Part shown: one piece after another, positions 1 to 8,157 of the stretch
How the letters are laid out: every line of letters begins with the position of its first letter
Position numbering within the stretch: position 1 is the first letter of the stretch
IMG/VR virus record: IMGVR_UViG_2617270964_000007
Location: 1-21,272 of that record
DNA length: 21,272 nucleotides
Strand: one strand, 5' to 3'
From: a virus
Lineage: Duplodnaviria > Heunggongvirae > Uroviricota > Caudoviricetes
Translations under genes and position numbers: made by a program
The notes under the pieces: model-generated
Databases searched by the model: none
Seen by the model: only the letters and a program-made list of their open reading frames with translations
What the model was told of the DNA's origin: nothing

Positions 1-1254
1 ATGCTGGAACAAATGGGCATTGCCGCGAAGCAAGCCTCGTATAAATTAGCGCAACTCTCCAGCCGCGAAAAAAATCGCGTGCTGGAAAAAATCGCCGATG
101 AACTGGAAGCACAAAGCGAAATCATCCTCAACGCTAACGCCCAGGATGTTGCTGACGCGCGAGCCAATGGCCTTAGCGAAGCGATGCTTGACCGTCTGGC
201 ACTGACGCCCGCACGGCTGAAAGGCATTGCCGACGATGTACGCCAGGTGTGTAACCTCGCCGATCCGGTGGGGCAGGTAATCGATGGCGGCGTACTGGAC
301 AGCGGCCTGCGTCTTGAGCGTCGTCGCGTACCGCTGGGGGTTATTGGCGTGATTTATGAAGCGCGCCCGAACGTGACGGTTGATGTCGCTTCGCTGTGCC
401 TGAAAACCGGTAATGCGGTGATCCTGCGTGGTGGCAAAGAAACCTGTCGCACTAACGCGGCAACGGTGGCGGTGATTCAGGACGCCCTGAAATCCTGTGG
501 CTTACCGGCGGGTGCCGTGCAGGCGATTGATAATCCTGACCGTGCGCTGGTCAGTGAAATGCTGCGTATGGATAAATACATCGACATGCTGATCCCGCGT
601 GGTGGCGCTGGTTTGCATAAACTGTGCCGTGAACAGTCGACAATCCCGGTGATCACAGGTGGTATAGGCGTATGCCATATTTACGTTGATGAAAGTGTAG
701 AGATCGCTGAAGCATTAAAAGTGATCGTCAACGCGAAAACTCAGCGTCCGAGCACATGTAATACGGTTGAAACGTTGCTGGTGAATAAAAACATCGCCGA
801 TAGCTTCCTGCCCGCATTAAGCAAACAAATGGCGGAAAGCGGCGTGACATTACACGCAGATGCAGCTGCACTGGCGCAGTTGCAGGCAGGCCCTGCGAAG
901 GTGGTTGCTGTTAAAGCCGAAGAGTATGACGATGAGTTTCTGTCATTAGATTTGAACGTCAAAATCGTCAGCGATCTTGACGATGCCATCGCCCATATTC
1001 GTGAACACGGCACACAACACTCCGATGCGATCCTGACCCGCGATATGCGCAACGCCCAGCGTTTTGTTAACGAAGTGGATTCGTCCGCTGTTTACGTTAA
1101 CGCCTCTACGCGTTTTACCGACGGCGGCCAGTTTGGTCTGGGTGCGGAAGTGGCGGTAAGCACACAAAAACTCCACGCGCGTGGCCCAATGGGGCTGGAA
1201 GCACTGACCACTTACAAGTGGATCGGCATTGGTGATTACACCATTCGTGCGTAA
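1..1254 (+). CDS. proA: Gamma-glutamyl phosphate reductase (glutamate-5-semialdehyde dehydrogenase), complete 417 aa
   Basis: Full-length ORF starting with ATG at position 1. The translation ([16 protein letters not shown]...GDYTIRA) matches enterobacterial ProA as I recall it, including length. Chromosomal gene flanking the prophage. Confidence 0.93.
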
Positions 1255-1368
1255 ATAAAACCGGGTGATGCAAAAGTAGCCATTTGATTCACAAGGCCAT
1301 TGACGCATCGCCCGGTTAGTTTTAACCTTGTCCACCGTGATTCACGTTCGTGAACATGTCCTTTCAGG

Positions 1369-1444
1369 GCCGATATAGCTCAGTTGGTAGAGCAGCGCAT
1401 TCGTAATGCGAAGGTCGTAGGTTCGACTCCTATTATCGGCACCA
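1369..1444 (+). tRNA. thrW: tRNA-Thr, anticodon CGU, 76 nt including encoded CCA
   Basis: GCCGATATAGCTCAGTTGGTAGAGCAGCGCATTCGTAATGCGAAGGTCGTAGGTTCGACTCCTATTATCGGCACCA folds as a cloverleaf: 7-bp acceptor stem GCCGATA/TATCGGC, anticodon loop with CGT, T-arm GGTTCGACTCC. It lies downstream of proA, as thrW does in E. coli, and is a known integration site for P22-type integrases. Confidence 0.9.
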
Positions 1445-1458
1445 TTAAAATCAAGTAG
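1400..1458. other. attL: Probable attL (prophage left attachment junction overlapping the 3' end of thrW); exact core not delimitable without attR
   Basis: The integrase stop codon is at 1459, 15 bp after the tRNA 3' end. tRNA-targeting integrases recombine within the tRNA 3' end. The extent is inferred. Confidence 0.35.
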
Positions 1459-2619
1459 TTACCCCATATTTAAATACACCACGTTCTCCTCTTGTGCCGT
1501 ATTTGTGCCATTGCGACTTATAATCGCATCGATTTTGCTTGCGTGCTCGGTGAGATGCCCGGCTGAAAGGTGGGCGTATCTTTGAACCATTTCGAGAGTT
1601 TCCCATCCTCCCATCTCTTTAAGTGCAAGAAGAGAGACACCGGACTGAACCAGCCAGCTTGCCCAGGTATGCCTCAGATCATGGAAGCGGAAGTTACTAA
1701 TGCCTGCCCGCTTTAACGCTCCCTTCCATGCCTTGTTGCTGTCGGTTCTCATCTTCCTTACCGCTGCTGTTTTTGTTCCGTCGCTTCGGTAGGCAGGTTT
1801 GGTGTGGACAAATACCCATCTCTTATGGAGCCCCTGCTGTTTTCTTAATATCTGGCATGCGGTTTCGTTAAGAGGAACTCCGATCGCATTGCCAGCTTTT
1901 GTTTCATCAGGGTGTATCCATGCCATTTTCTTATCCAGATCGACCTGTGACCACTCAAGGTCTGTAACGTTGGAACGGCGAAGGCCTGTCGTGATTGCAA
2001 ACATGACCACAGGGAAGAAGTGAGGAGCAATTTCTGCAAACAGGCGCTTCGATTCCTCCTCTGTAAGCCATCTGATGCGTCCATTCTTAACGCGTGGTGT
2101 TGATATTTTGGGTGCCCTGTCAAGCCATCCCCATTCAACAGCCATATTGAGAATGGCGCGAAGTATTGCCAGATGCCTCGTCTTCGTTCCTTTGCTTGCA
2201 AGCTTTGGTTTATACTCCGGCACCGGATTGCCAAGTCGCAAACACCTGTCCCGGCTCATCTCCCAGTTCAGGCGATGGCGGCGGTTTTCCATCCCATCTA
2301 CCGCCTCCATTATTTTTTCTGTTGTTATGTCAGAGAGAATGGCTTCTCTGAAGTGCAACATCCAGAACGATATAATGCTCTTGTCATCATCAATGGACTT
2401 CTTATCCGATTTCTCACGCAGCCACCGTATGCAGGCTTCCTTGAATAGCTTTTTCGGTGATTCCCCGAGATTTTTTACTCTCCACGCTTCTGCTTTCAGA
2501 CGATCGTGAAGTTCTTGCGCTTGCCTTTTGTCCGATGTTTCAAGAGAGCGTCTAACTCTTGATCCATCTGGCGCGACGAAATCGCAGTGCCACGTGCCAC
2601 CGCGTAGTTTGATTGACAT
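1459..2619 (-). CDS. int: Tyrosine-type site-specific integrase (P22/CP4-6 IntF-like), 386 aa
   Basis: ATG at 2619 preceded by AGGAGG. C-terminal catalytic region HDLRHTWASWLVQSGVSLLALKEMGGWETLEMVQRYAHLS carries the tyrosine-recombinase HxxR...Y signature. Position next to a tRNA att site. Confidence 0.9.
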   Translation of the reverse strand: MSIKLRGGTWHCDFVAPDGSRVRRSLETSDKRQAQELHDRLKAEAWRVKNLGESPKKLFKEACIRWLREKSDKKSIDDDKSIISFWMLHFREAILSDITTEKIMEAVDGMENRRHRLNWEMSRDRCLRLGNPVPEYKPKLASKGTKTRHLAILRAILNMAVEWGWLDRAPKISTPRVKNGRIRWLTEEESKRLFAEIAPHFFPVVMFAITTGLRRSNVTDLEWSQVDLDKKMAWIHPDETKAGNAIGVPLNETACQILRKQQGLHKRWVFVHTKPAYRSDGTKTAAVRKMRTDSNKAWKGALKRAGISNFRFHDLRHTWASWLVQSGVSLLALKEMGGWETLEMVQRYAHLSAGHLTEHASKIDAIISRNGTNTAQEENVVYLNMG

Positions 2620-2843
2620 GCTTTAACCTCCTGCACATCAACCGCATTCACCGCGCTATTGTGTCTCACAGACTTAAGCGCCGCAATGCAGTCTGACTTG
2701 CAAATGCGATATGGGCTTTTAGGTTTATCTGGATTTATCTTTGCGGCCTGAAGTCGTCCACTTCGTATCCACTGCGTGATAGTGCCTTTGTCTACCTTCA
2801 GATACGACGCTGCCTCTTCACGAGTGAAGATTTCTTCTTCCAC
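2496..2843 (-). CDS. xis: Excisionase / AlpA-like HTH DNA-binding protein; GTG start, 3' end overlaps int by about 124 nt
   Basis: Directly upstream of int on the same strand. The N-terminus (FTREEAASYLKVDKGTITQWIRSGRL) looks like an excisionase-type winged helix. GTG at 2843 is preceded by GGAGAT. The overlap with int is typical of lambdoid xis-int. Confidence 0.6.
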   Translation of the reverse strand: MEEEIFTREEAASYLKVDKGTITQWIRSGRLQAAKINPDKPKSPYRICKSDCIAALKSVRHNSAVNAVDVQEVKACQSNYAVARGTAISSRQMDQELDALLKHRTKGKRKNFTIV

Positions 2844-2933
2844 CTGGAATCTCCATTTATTGGATTGGTATTATTGCGGTAGGTCTGGATATCATTGAGC
2901 AATGAACAGGCCTCATCGAGTATGAGGCTGTGG

Positions 2934-3278
2934 TTAGTCCTTGCGTAACTCGCTAATTCTTCTGTAAGTCTCTGGTGCTTTGTTTCCGTGTATCTTCATT
3001 TCAGACTTCAACAGATCAACGAGGGAATCCCATTCGTTGAGGATTCCTTTGAATGCCGGAACGCGCTTTGCAACCTTGTCGAATGAATCTCTGATTTCTG
3101 GAATCTGCTCAACAAGTGCAACGCATAGTCGGAAATCTGCTGCGTCATGTGGAGCGCCGAAGTGATGACCATAGATATTCTTTTTCAGTCCACATGCGAT
3201 TGAGGCAAGAGTTGCGCTACTGATGCCGACATCGCCAGTCGATTGCCATTTCAAAACCTTCATAGCCAAATCTGACAT
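2934..3278 (-). CDS. Hypothetical protein, 114 aa, int-proximal accessory gene
   Basis: ATG at 3278 with GGAG 7 nt upstream. I recognise no family. It sits in the xis-proximal accessory region of the leftward early operon. Confidence 0.5.
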   Translation of the reverse strand: MSDLAMKVLKWQSTGDVGISSATLASIACGLKKNIYGHHFGAPHDAADFRLCVALVEQIPEIRDSFDKVAKRVPAFKGILNEWDSLVDLLKSEMKIHGNKAPETYRRISELRKD

Positions 3279-3358
3279 TTCTTGTCTCCATAAAACAAAC
3301 CCCGCCGTAGCGAGTTCAGATAAAAGAAATCCATCAATTGGTTAGGGTTTTTGTAATT

Positions 3359-3550
3359 CTATGAATTATGTTGTTTTTTAGCTTCAGCTTTCCATTCATC
3401 AAAGGCAGTGTCTTTGTTCATGGTGCTGATATTGATCTTACGGTCAATATCATATACACGCCACTCACCGTTAGGCCTCTCTTCGCATCTAACTAAGTAT
3501 GAATTGCCATTAATATCTATGCGTCTGTCTATTTGCATGAACATTTTCAA
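3359..3550 (-). CDS. Hypothetical small protein, about 61-63 aa (TTG at 3550 or ATG at 3544)
   Basis: ORF with AGAGGA 8-9 nt upstream of the TTG. Local sequence is visibly AT-rich. No family recognised. Confidence 0.4.
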   Translation of the reverse strand: MKMFMQIDRRIDINGNSYLVRCEERPNGEWRVYDIDRKINISTMNKDTAFDEWKAEAKKQHNS

Positions 3551-3664
3551 TTTTCGAATCCTCTTTAATATGCATTTTTTTTTGCTATTTCAGTAGTTTA
3601 CTATTGATGAGGCGTTATTATACACACTTCATTAATGCAAGCATCTTTATGCTATGCTACTAAT

Positions 3665-3946
3665 TTAGCAATTGATATTCACCTTTATCGCGTATACCTT
3701 TACCGGTTTATCACCGAAGTGGGGGTGTGTGATTGTTTTCACTTCATATCCTCCATACGGAACATCAATTCTGCGACTGGAGTCGTCGCGCTTCGGATAT
3801 CCCTTTGTGATAATCAGGCGGTCATACTCCCGGAACATAATTCGCTTATTCCAATAGTCATTACACAGGCGATACTCTTCCGTTTTCTCTCCTCGAATCA
3901 TGGCATCGAAGTATTCACCTTTGACGGCAAGTTGTAGGTTAGCCAC
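3665..3946 (-). CDS. Small PUA/ASCH-like domain protein (tentative), 93 aa, GTG start
   Basis: GTG at 3946 preceded by AGGAGG at optimal spacing. The N-terminus LQLAVKGEYFDAMIRGEKTEEYR resembles the beta-barrel opening of ASCH/PUA-like domains. The fold assignment is a guess from sequence pattern. Confidence 0.45.
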   Translation of the reverse strand: MANLQLAVKGEYFDAMIRGEKTEEYRLCNDYWNKRIMFREYDRLIITKGYPKRDDSSRRIDVPYGGYEVKTITHPHFGDKPVKVYAIKVNINC

Positions 3947-4673
3947 GGTTAACCTCCTGCGGCGGTTCTGGCAGCGGCATCCAGTGGGTTACGTCATCCA
4001 AGATATTTCCTGATAAATATGTGAAAGCTCTATATTTTTTGTAATCAATTGGACTCATTACCCAGTTCCAATATGCTGCCACTATTTGACCTTGACTAAA
4101 TGCCAGTAACATTTTGGTGTCGTCCGGCATTCGCTCACTACAGCTTATCCAACCATCCGGAGTTACCGGAGAGTTGCCATTTACATCGAAGTTTGGCTCT
4201 GCGTCCTGAATCAGGAGGATGTAGCCATTCTTGGCAGTATCAAGTTCTAACGCCTCGGTGACGGTGCCGAAATAGCGATTACCTAAATCAGCATCACAAG
4301 TACTTACATCAATGGAAACTTCCATGCCTTCGATTAATTCTGGCAAGTTGTAAGCTTGGCTTACAGGTTCGGCTTCCAGTTCTGCAATGCGCTTTTTTGC
4401 TGTTTCCAGCTCGCCCAGCAGCGCCAAGACGGTAGCCGGATTGGCTGCAGCGATGAATTCAGCATTGGCCTGCTGTTCCATTTGGAAATCTTCATCGAAA
4501 CCGCTTTCTGGATGCGCTCCTTCAATTCTGCAAATGGGAAGATATCCAACAACTTCACGATGAATTAGTGCATCACCAGCATCAAATCTCTCCTCTCCAT
4601 ATTCGAGCGACCACACACCACACGTTGCTTTCTCTGCCGCCTCACGCAGTGCCTGATAGTCAATCTTGCTCAC
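3939..4673 (-). CDS. Ead/Ea22-like protein with C-terminal DUF551-like domain; probable GTG start at 4673 (track ORF extends to 4694)
   Basis: AAAGGAGG lies 6 nt upstream of the GTG at 4673, giving [16 protein letters not shown]..., as Ead/Ea22-family proteins begin in my recollection. The C-terminal segment [11 protein letters not shown]...[10 protein letters not shown] resembles DUF551. Confidence 0.6.
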   Translation of the reverse strand: MSKIDYQALREAAEKATCGVWSLEYGEERFDAGDALIHREVVGYLPICRIEGAHPESGFDEDFQMEQQANAEFIAAANPATVLALLGELETAKKRIAELEAEPVSQAYNLPELIEGMEVSIDVSTCDADLGNRYFGTVTEALELDTAKNGYILLIQDAEPNFDVNGNSPVTPDGWISCSERMPDDTKMLLAFSQGQIVAAYWNWVMSPIDYKKYRAFTYLSGNILDDVTHWMPLPEPPQEVNRG

Positions 4674-4837
4674 TGTTTGCCTCCTTTGCGCCACATCGCA
4701 TTCAGATATTTGTTTTGATTCACTGATGGAAAAGAATTTCTCTTAAGCAATTCCTCTCTCGATGGCATTGGCTTTACGCGTTGGCGAATAATCATTTCTG
4801 CCGGAAGAATGCCGGGATTGTATGCAAGTCCTCTCAT
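4670..4837 (-). CDS. Small basic hypothetical protein, 55 aa
   Basis: ATG at 4837 with AGAGGAA upstream. Its stop overlaps the start of the downstream Ea22-like gene (GTGA), suggesting translational coupling. Below the 60-aa ORF-track threshold. Confidence 0.3.
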   Translation of the reverse strand: MRGLAYNPGILPAEMIIRQRVKPMPSREELLKRNSFPSVNQNKYLNAMWRKGGKQ

Positions 4838-4853
4838 GGTAAATTCCTCTTTG

Positions 4854-5168
4854 TTAATTTATTCGTATGCCAGCTCTTTCTTCATCGAGTTTTTTTAGCT
4901 TGTATCGCATAGCTCTTACTGAATAAATTGAGCGGCAGGTTGCAATTGCTATTTCTTCTGCGGAGAACTTACCGAAAAGTGATACTTCGGCTCTTGTCCA
5001 GCGTCTTCCACGAAGTCGGCTAACAATGTCAGCGCCAATCCTTGTTGCTTTCGCCATAACTGCTTTTTCAGTCCTTTCCAGTTTTTCAGCGATAACTTCA
5101 ACTGGCATTGTCGCCGCTACTTCGCGCAAGAAATCGACTTCCCATTTCTCCCATGGAGTCTTTTTCAT
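4854..5168 (-). CDS. Hypothetical protein with two Myb/SANT-like helix-turn-helix repeats (tentative)
   Basis: Two segments with spaced tryptophans ([17 protein letters not shown]... and [24 protein letters not shown]...) resemble tandem Myb-like repeats. The start is probably the ATG at 5168; the track begins at a TTG at 5174. Confidence 0.45.
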   Translation of the reverse strand: MKKTPWEKWEVDFLREVAATMPVEVIAEKLERTEKAVMAKATRIGADIVSRLRGRRWTRAEVSLFGKFSAEEIAIATCRSIYSVRAMRYKLKKLDEERAGIRIN

Positions 5169-5179
5169 AGGCAATACCG

Positions 5180-5662
5180 TTATTTGATAAGAAGTGAAGG
5201 TTTCCCAACTTTGAGTTGAGCGCCGGGGATATTTATTCCTGCTTTTAGTTGGTGTTTGATTGCCAGTTTGTCGGCTTTAATTGTCGTTTCAAACTCAACG
5301 TATTCAGGAGGAAGGGCGCTTGAGTCGATTATTTCTACAATTTCTGACGGTTTGCGGATTGTTACCTGGTGAATACCTGCTCGAATATTTTTCTTGCCAA
5401 CCATTTCAAGCGATGACGCTATATATGATTTGATGCTGTCAATCTTATTTTGAATTACTGCGGCTCGCTCATTTAGTGACTTTGCCTCTTCCTTGAGGCG
5501 TTCAGCATAACCATATTCATTTTTAATAATGGCAAGAAGTTGCTCTATTTTATCGGTAAATTCTCCTTCCATGCCTTCTATTGTGTCAGCAATCATCTCT
5601 GGCTCTAAATCTGAATCCATCAGCTTTGCATATTCATTGGCTATTTCATACAGTTTGCTCAC
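5180..5662 (-). CDS. Siphovirus Gp157-family protein (recombination-module accessory), about 160 aa, probable GTG start
   Basis: Coiled-coil-rich sequence immediately downstream of recT. AGAGGT lies 5 nt upstream of the GTG at 5662. Gp157-family proteins commonly accompany RecT/Sak recombinases. Confidence 0.55.
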   Translation of the reverse strand: MSKLYEIANEYAKLMDSDLEPEMIADTIEGMEGEFTDKIEQLLAIIKNEYGYAERLKEEAKSLNERAAVIQNKIDSIKSYIASSLEMVGKKNIRAGIHQVTIRKPSEIVEIIDSSALPPEYVEFETTIKADKLAIKHQLKAGINIPGAQLKVGKPSLLIK

Positions 5663-6548
5663 TGGCAACCTCTAGTTTCGCTTTGCATTCTATGTAAATG
5701 GCTTGTACGTTCTGCTGCAATTTCATTCCAGATGTCAGGCGATATGCTTCTGCAAAATATCGCTTCAAATCATCCATGTTTTCTGCCTGAGCCATTTCAT
5801 CACAAAGAAGTTGTGCTTTTTCCATAATTTCCTGCTGGTGTTTCCGTTCATCTTCGCGGATATCTTCCTCTGATTTGTGCGGCATAACTGGTTCCTGATG
5901 CATACCTTCATCTTCGTTAAGCAGGTGAATGGCATTATCCAGTCGCTGGGCTTTAGGCCAGTATTTGCTGGCGCGTTTAACTATTGTTTTACGCGCCATC
6001 TCTTCCCAGAATGTTTTCCACGGTCCATTCTTTGCCTTGCTCGTTGCTTCCACTGCTTTAATTTCTGCCAGACTCATTTCTTCAGTCAGGTAGTCACCAT
6101 CTGCTGTTTTTACCGTGCAATAACCACCAACAATAGAGCCTCGCTCTCCAAATGCGTTGTATTTGTGAGTTGGTGCTGAATCAAGGCCGTTTGATTCATA
6201 GGTGTCGTTTGAGTACACCAGTTTGCATTGCCCCCACTTAATTGATCCTGTCGATTGCGCAAGATGAAGTAATCCCATGTAACTGATATCAAGGCACACC
6301 ATGCCGTCGCGAGGAACCAGATAAGCTAGTTTGCTGGCCGGGTTTAAGGTGATGCCGATCGCCGCAACATTGATGATGGCGTTCTGTGCGCTGGTTGGAT
6401 TTGCCAGTGCTGTTTTAGCCAGGTAATCGTTTTTCTGGAAATACTGAATTGCAAACTGGCTTTCCTTAGCCCATGTCACCGTCTGTTCAGTCAATGCTCC
6501 GCAGAATAACTGCTCTTGCTGTTTAACGAATTCAACGATATTGCTCAT
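5646..6548 (-). CDS. recT: RecT-family single-strand annealing recombinase, 300 aa
   Basis: ATG at 6548 with GGAGAAG upstream. The translation has the RecT/Red-beta core as I recognise it (…PRDGMVCLDISYMGLLHLA…FGERGSIVGGYC…). It sits in the recombination position of the leftward early operon. Confidence 0.8.
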   Translation of the reverse strand: MSNIVEFVKQQEQLFCGALTEQTVTWAKESQFAIQYFQKNDYLAKTALANPTSAQNAIINVAAIGITLNPASKLAYLVPRDGMVCLDISYMGLLHLAQSTGSIKWGQCKLVYSNDTYESNGLDSAPTHKYNAFGERGSIVGGYCTVKTADGDYLTEEMSLAEIKAVEATSKAKNGPWKTFWEEMARKTIVKRASKYWPKAQRLDNAIHLLNEDEGMHQEPVMPHKSEEDIREDERKHQQEIMEKAQLLCDEMAQAENMDDLKRYFAEAYRLTSGMKLQQNVQAIYIECKAKLEVASEQTV

Positions 6549-6856
6549 GCAGCTTCTCCATAAATATGTCTGCGTTTGAATATTGCGAAGGCATATTCAG
6601 CCTTAACTCTTTCGGTTATTGCATCCCAGAACCATTCAGCGGCTTTTTCCTGATAGTTACAGTCATCATCTTCCAGCCAGTCGATAGCGTCCTTAGTGTG
6701 TTCATCTGGTTTATATGAGCGAAGCATTTCGCTTATTGGGTCGCAACGTTTGCAGAGGCGATCAACTTCACTGTTGATTCGCTCGTAATCTTCATCAGTA
6801 AAACTTGCGATTATTTGCGATATTTCACGCTTATCATTCAGAGTCAGAATCATCAT
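6545..6856 (-). CDS. Hypothetical acidic protein, 103 aa
   Basis: ATG-ATG start at 6856 with AGGAGA upstream. Translationally coupled to recT (ATGA overlap). No family recognised. Confidence 0.5.
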   Translation of the reverse strand: MMILTLNDKREISQIIASFTDEDYERINSEVDRLCKRCDPISEMLRSYKPDEHTKDAIDWLEDDDCNYQEKAAEWFWDAITERVKAEYAFAIFKRRHIYGEAA

Positions 6857-6941
6857 CTTTCTCCTGTTCTTTGTGCTGATTGAGCATTTCTTTCATCTGA
6901 CGAATGAATTCTTCGTCTGACCAGTTATCTGTAAAACTCAT
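6834..6941 (-). CDS. Small hypothetical protein, 35 aa, acidic C-terminus
   Basis: Start overlaps the stop of the upstream Kil-like ORF (ATGA). The short SD spacing makes it uncertain. Confidence 0.2.
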   Translation of the reverse strand: MSFTDNWSDEEFIRQMKEMLNQHKEQEKDDDSDSE

Positions 6942-7090
6942 TTCCTGCGATACCATGGAAGGTTGATAGCTGATTTCATCGCTTTATTTGCTTCAAGCCA
7001 CATTTTTGAATCACCAATAAATCGGGCTATTACTGCTTTGTTTTGTGCAGCACGAAGCATCTGGTGATTGATGGCTATTTCATTGCGCAT
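6938..7090 (-). CDS. Small protein, possibly Kil-like (50 aa)
   Basis: ATG at 7090 with GGAGG 5 nt upstream. The segment IARFIGDSKMW resembles what I recall of lambda Kil, but the recollection is uncertain. Its position, just promoter-distal of the CIII-like ORF, matches lambda gene order. Confidence 0.35.
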   Translation of the reverse strand: MRNEIAINHQMLRAAQNKAVIARFIGDSKMWLEANKAMKSAINLPWYRRK

Positions 7091-7209
7091 AACGCCTCCA
7101 GTTGTTTCTTTGCTGCTCTGATTAATTGTTTAACTCGGCGTGATAATTCAGATTCGTGCGGGGAGAAAGCGGACATGACGCCGCTACCCGCGAGCTGAAA
7201 GTGCATCAT
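7075..7209 (-). CDS. Small protein, possibly CIII-like FtsH inhibitor (44 aa)
   Basis: ATG at 7209 with AAGGAG upstream. The translation MMHFQLAGSGVMSAFSPHESELSRRVKQLIRAAKKQLEAL echoes the lambda CIII pattern (…AIAG…SESLLERITRKLRDGWKRL…) as an amphipathic helix after an AG-rich start. Confidence 0.4.
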   Translation of the reverse strand: MMHFQLAGSGVMSAFSPHESELSRRVKQLIRAAKKQLEALCAMK

Positions 7210-7292
7210 GGGTAACTCCTTATATTTGATTGCATAACGAAAACGCCTCAAGTGAAGCGTTATTGGTATGCGGTAAAGCCGCGCTCAGGCGG

Positions 7293-7541
7293 CTACTCTA
7301 TTTCTTCTTCGAATGATTTTATTAGCCGGTCAATAACATCATCTGTTTCAATATCATTTCCGTCTGATTGCTTTAATACGTCTATTGATTCTGCTGCGGT
7401 AAATTCCATCGCTGTGAGAAACTCGACAATTGCACACTCAACGACATGTCGTTCTTCATCTGTACGACATGAGATAAAAGAGCATTTAATTGCTGTTATT
7501 ACTTTTTGTTTAAGTTCTGCAGGATAATCAGTTTTTATCAT
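7293..7541 (-). CDS. Hypothetical acidic protein, 82 aa
   Basis: ATG at 7541 with GGAG 7 nt upstream. It is the first gene after the intrinsic terminator at 7555-7584. No family recognised. Confidence 0.5.
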   Translation of the reverse strand: MIKTDYPAELKQKVITAIKCSFISCRTDEERHVVECAIVEFLTAMEFTAAESIDVLKQSDGNDIETDDVIDRLIKSFEEEIE

Positions 7542-7554
7542 CGTTTACTCCGTC

Positions 7555-7584
7555 AAAAAAAATTGCCCTCACACTGGAGGGCAA
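7555..7584 (-). terminator. Rho-independent terminator in the leftward early operon (tL-like)
   Basis: On the minus strand an 8-bp stem (TTGCCCTC / GAGGGCAA, 6-nt loop) is followed by a run of 8 U. It lies between the 7687-8157 gene and downstream early genes, so N-dependent readthrough would be needed. Confidence 0.6.
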
Positions 7585-7686
7585 AGAAGATTTCCAATAA
7601 TCAGAACAAGTCGGCTCCTGTTTAGTTACGAGCGACATTGCTCCGTGTATTCACTCGTTGGAATGAATACACAGTGCTTATTCGTA

Positions 7687-8157
7687 CTAATAAAACACCC
7701 AGTTTTCTGTTTCTTGGTTGTGTCCAAAGTTATATTCAATATCTGGTGTTGATGTATCAATATTCTTCATCCCATCAACAAGAGTTGATACAACAGCCAA
7801 ATCTTGTTTGATTCTCATTAAATGGTATTTCTTCCGGCGAAATAAACTTTCAATGGCAAGTTTCTTCGTTGGGAATGCAAAAGATCTTTCTGCATTTTTT
7901 GCTACTTTCTTAATTGCATATCTATTTCTCTTTTGTTTCCATTCCTGTAACCACTGATTTGGTGCTGGTTTAAAATTAACGATCCAATACGCAGGAACCA
8001 ACCATGCATAATGCTCTGTCTGATGAAAAGCTATATATTGAAGTGCGAATATTTTGATTCCATCTTCTTCAACTGTCGCCTGGAATCTCCAGAAAACAGG
8101 CATTCCATCATGTTCAGTTTCTGATTCAGGAAAAGGTACGCTCCATGATATTGTCAT
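7687..8157 (-). CDS. Hypothetical protein, 156 aa, moron-like gene in the N-proximal region (the position occupied by ral/sieB in lambda)
   Basis: ATG at 8157 with GAGGTG upstream. The gene is visibly AT-rich compared with its neighbours and is followed by a hairpin and an intrinsic terminator. I recognise no family. Confidence 0.55.
   Translation of the reverse strand: MTISWSVPFPESETEHDGMPVFWRFQATVEEDGIKIFALQYIAFHQTEHYAWLVPAYWIVNFKPAPNQWLQEWKQKRNRYAIKKVAKNAERSFAFPTKKLAIESLFRRKKYHLMRIKQDLAVVSTLVDGMKNIDTSTPDIEYNFGHNQETENWVFY

Noticed and set aside
741-1335. Minus-strand ORFs 741-1052 and 946-1335 opposite proA
   Set aside because: Antisense to the conserved proA reading frame, so they are shadow ORFs.
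1799-2509. Plus-strand ORFs inside the integrase gene (1799-2023, 2075-2509, 2166-2351, 2173-2448) and the minus-strand alternate frame 1845-2234
   Set aside because: They are nested in or antisense to a well-supported integrase reading frame and show no start-site support. They are typical shadow ORFs.
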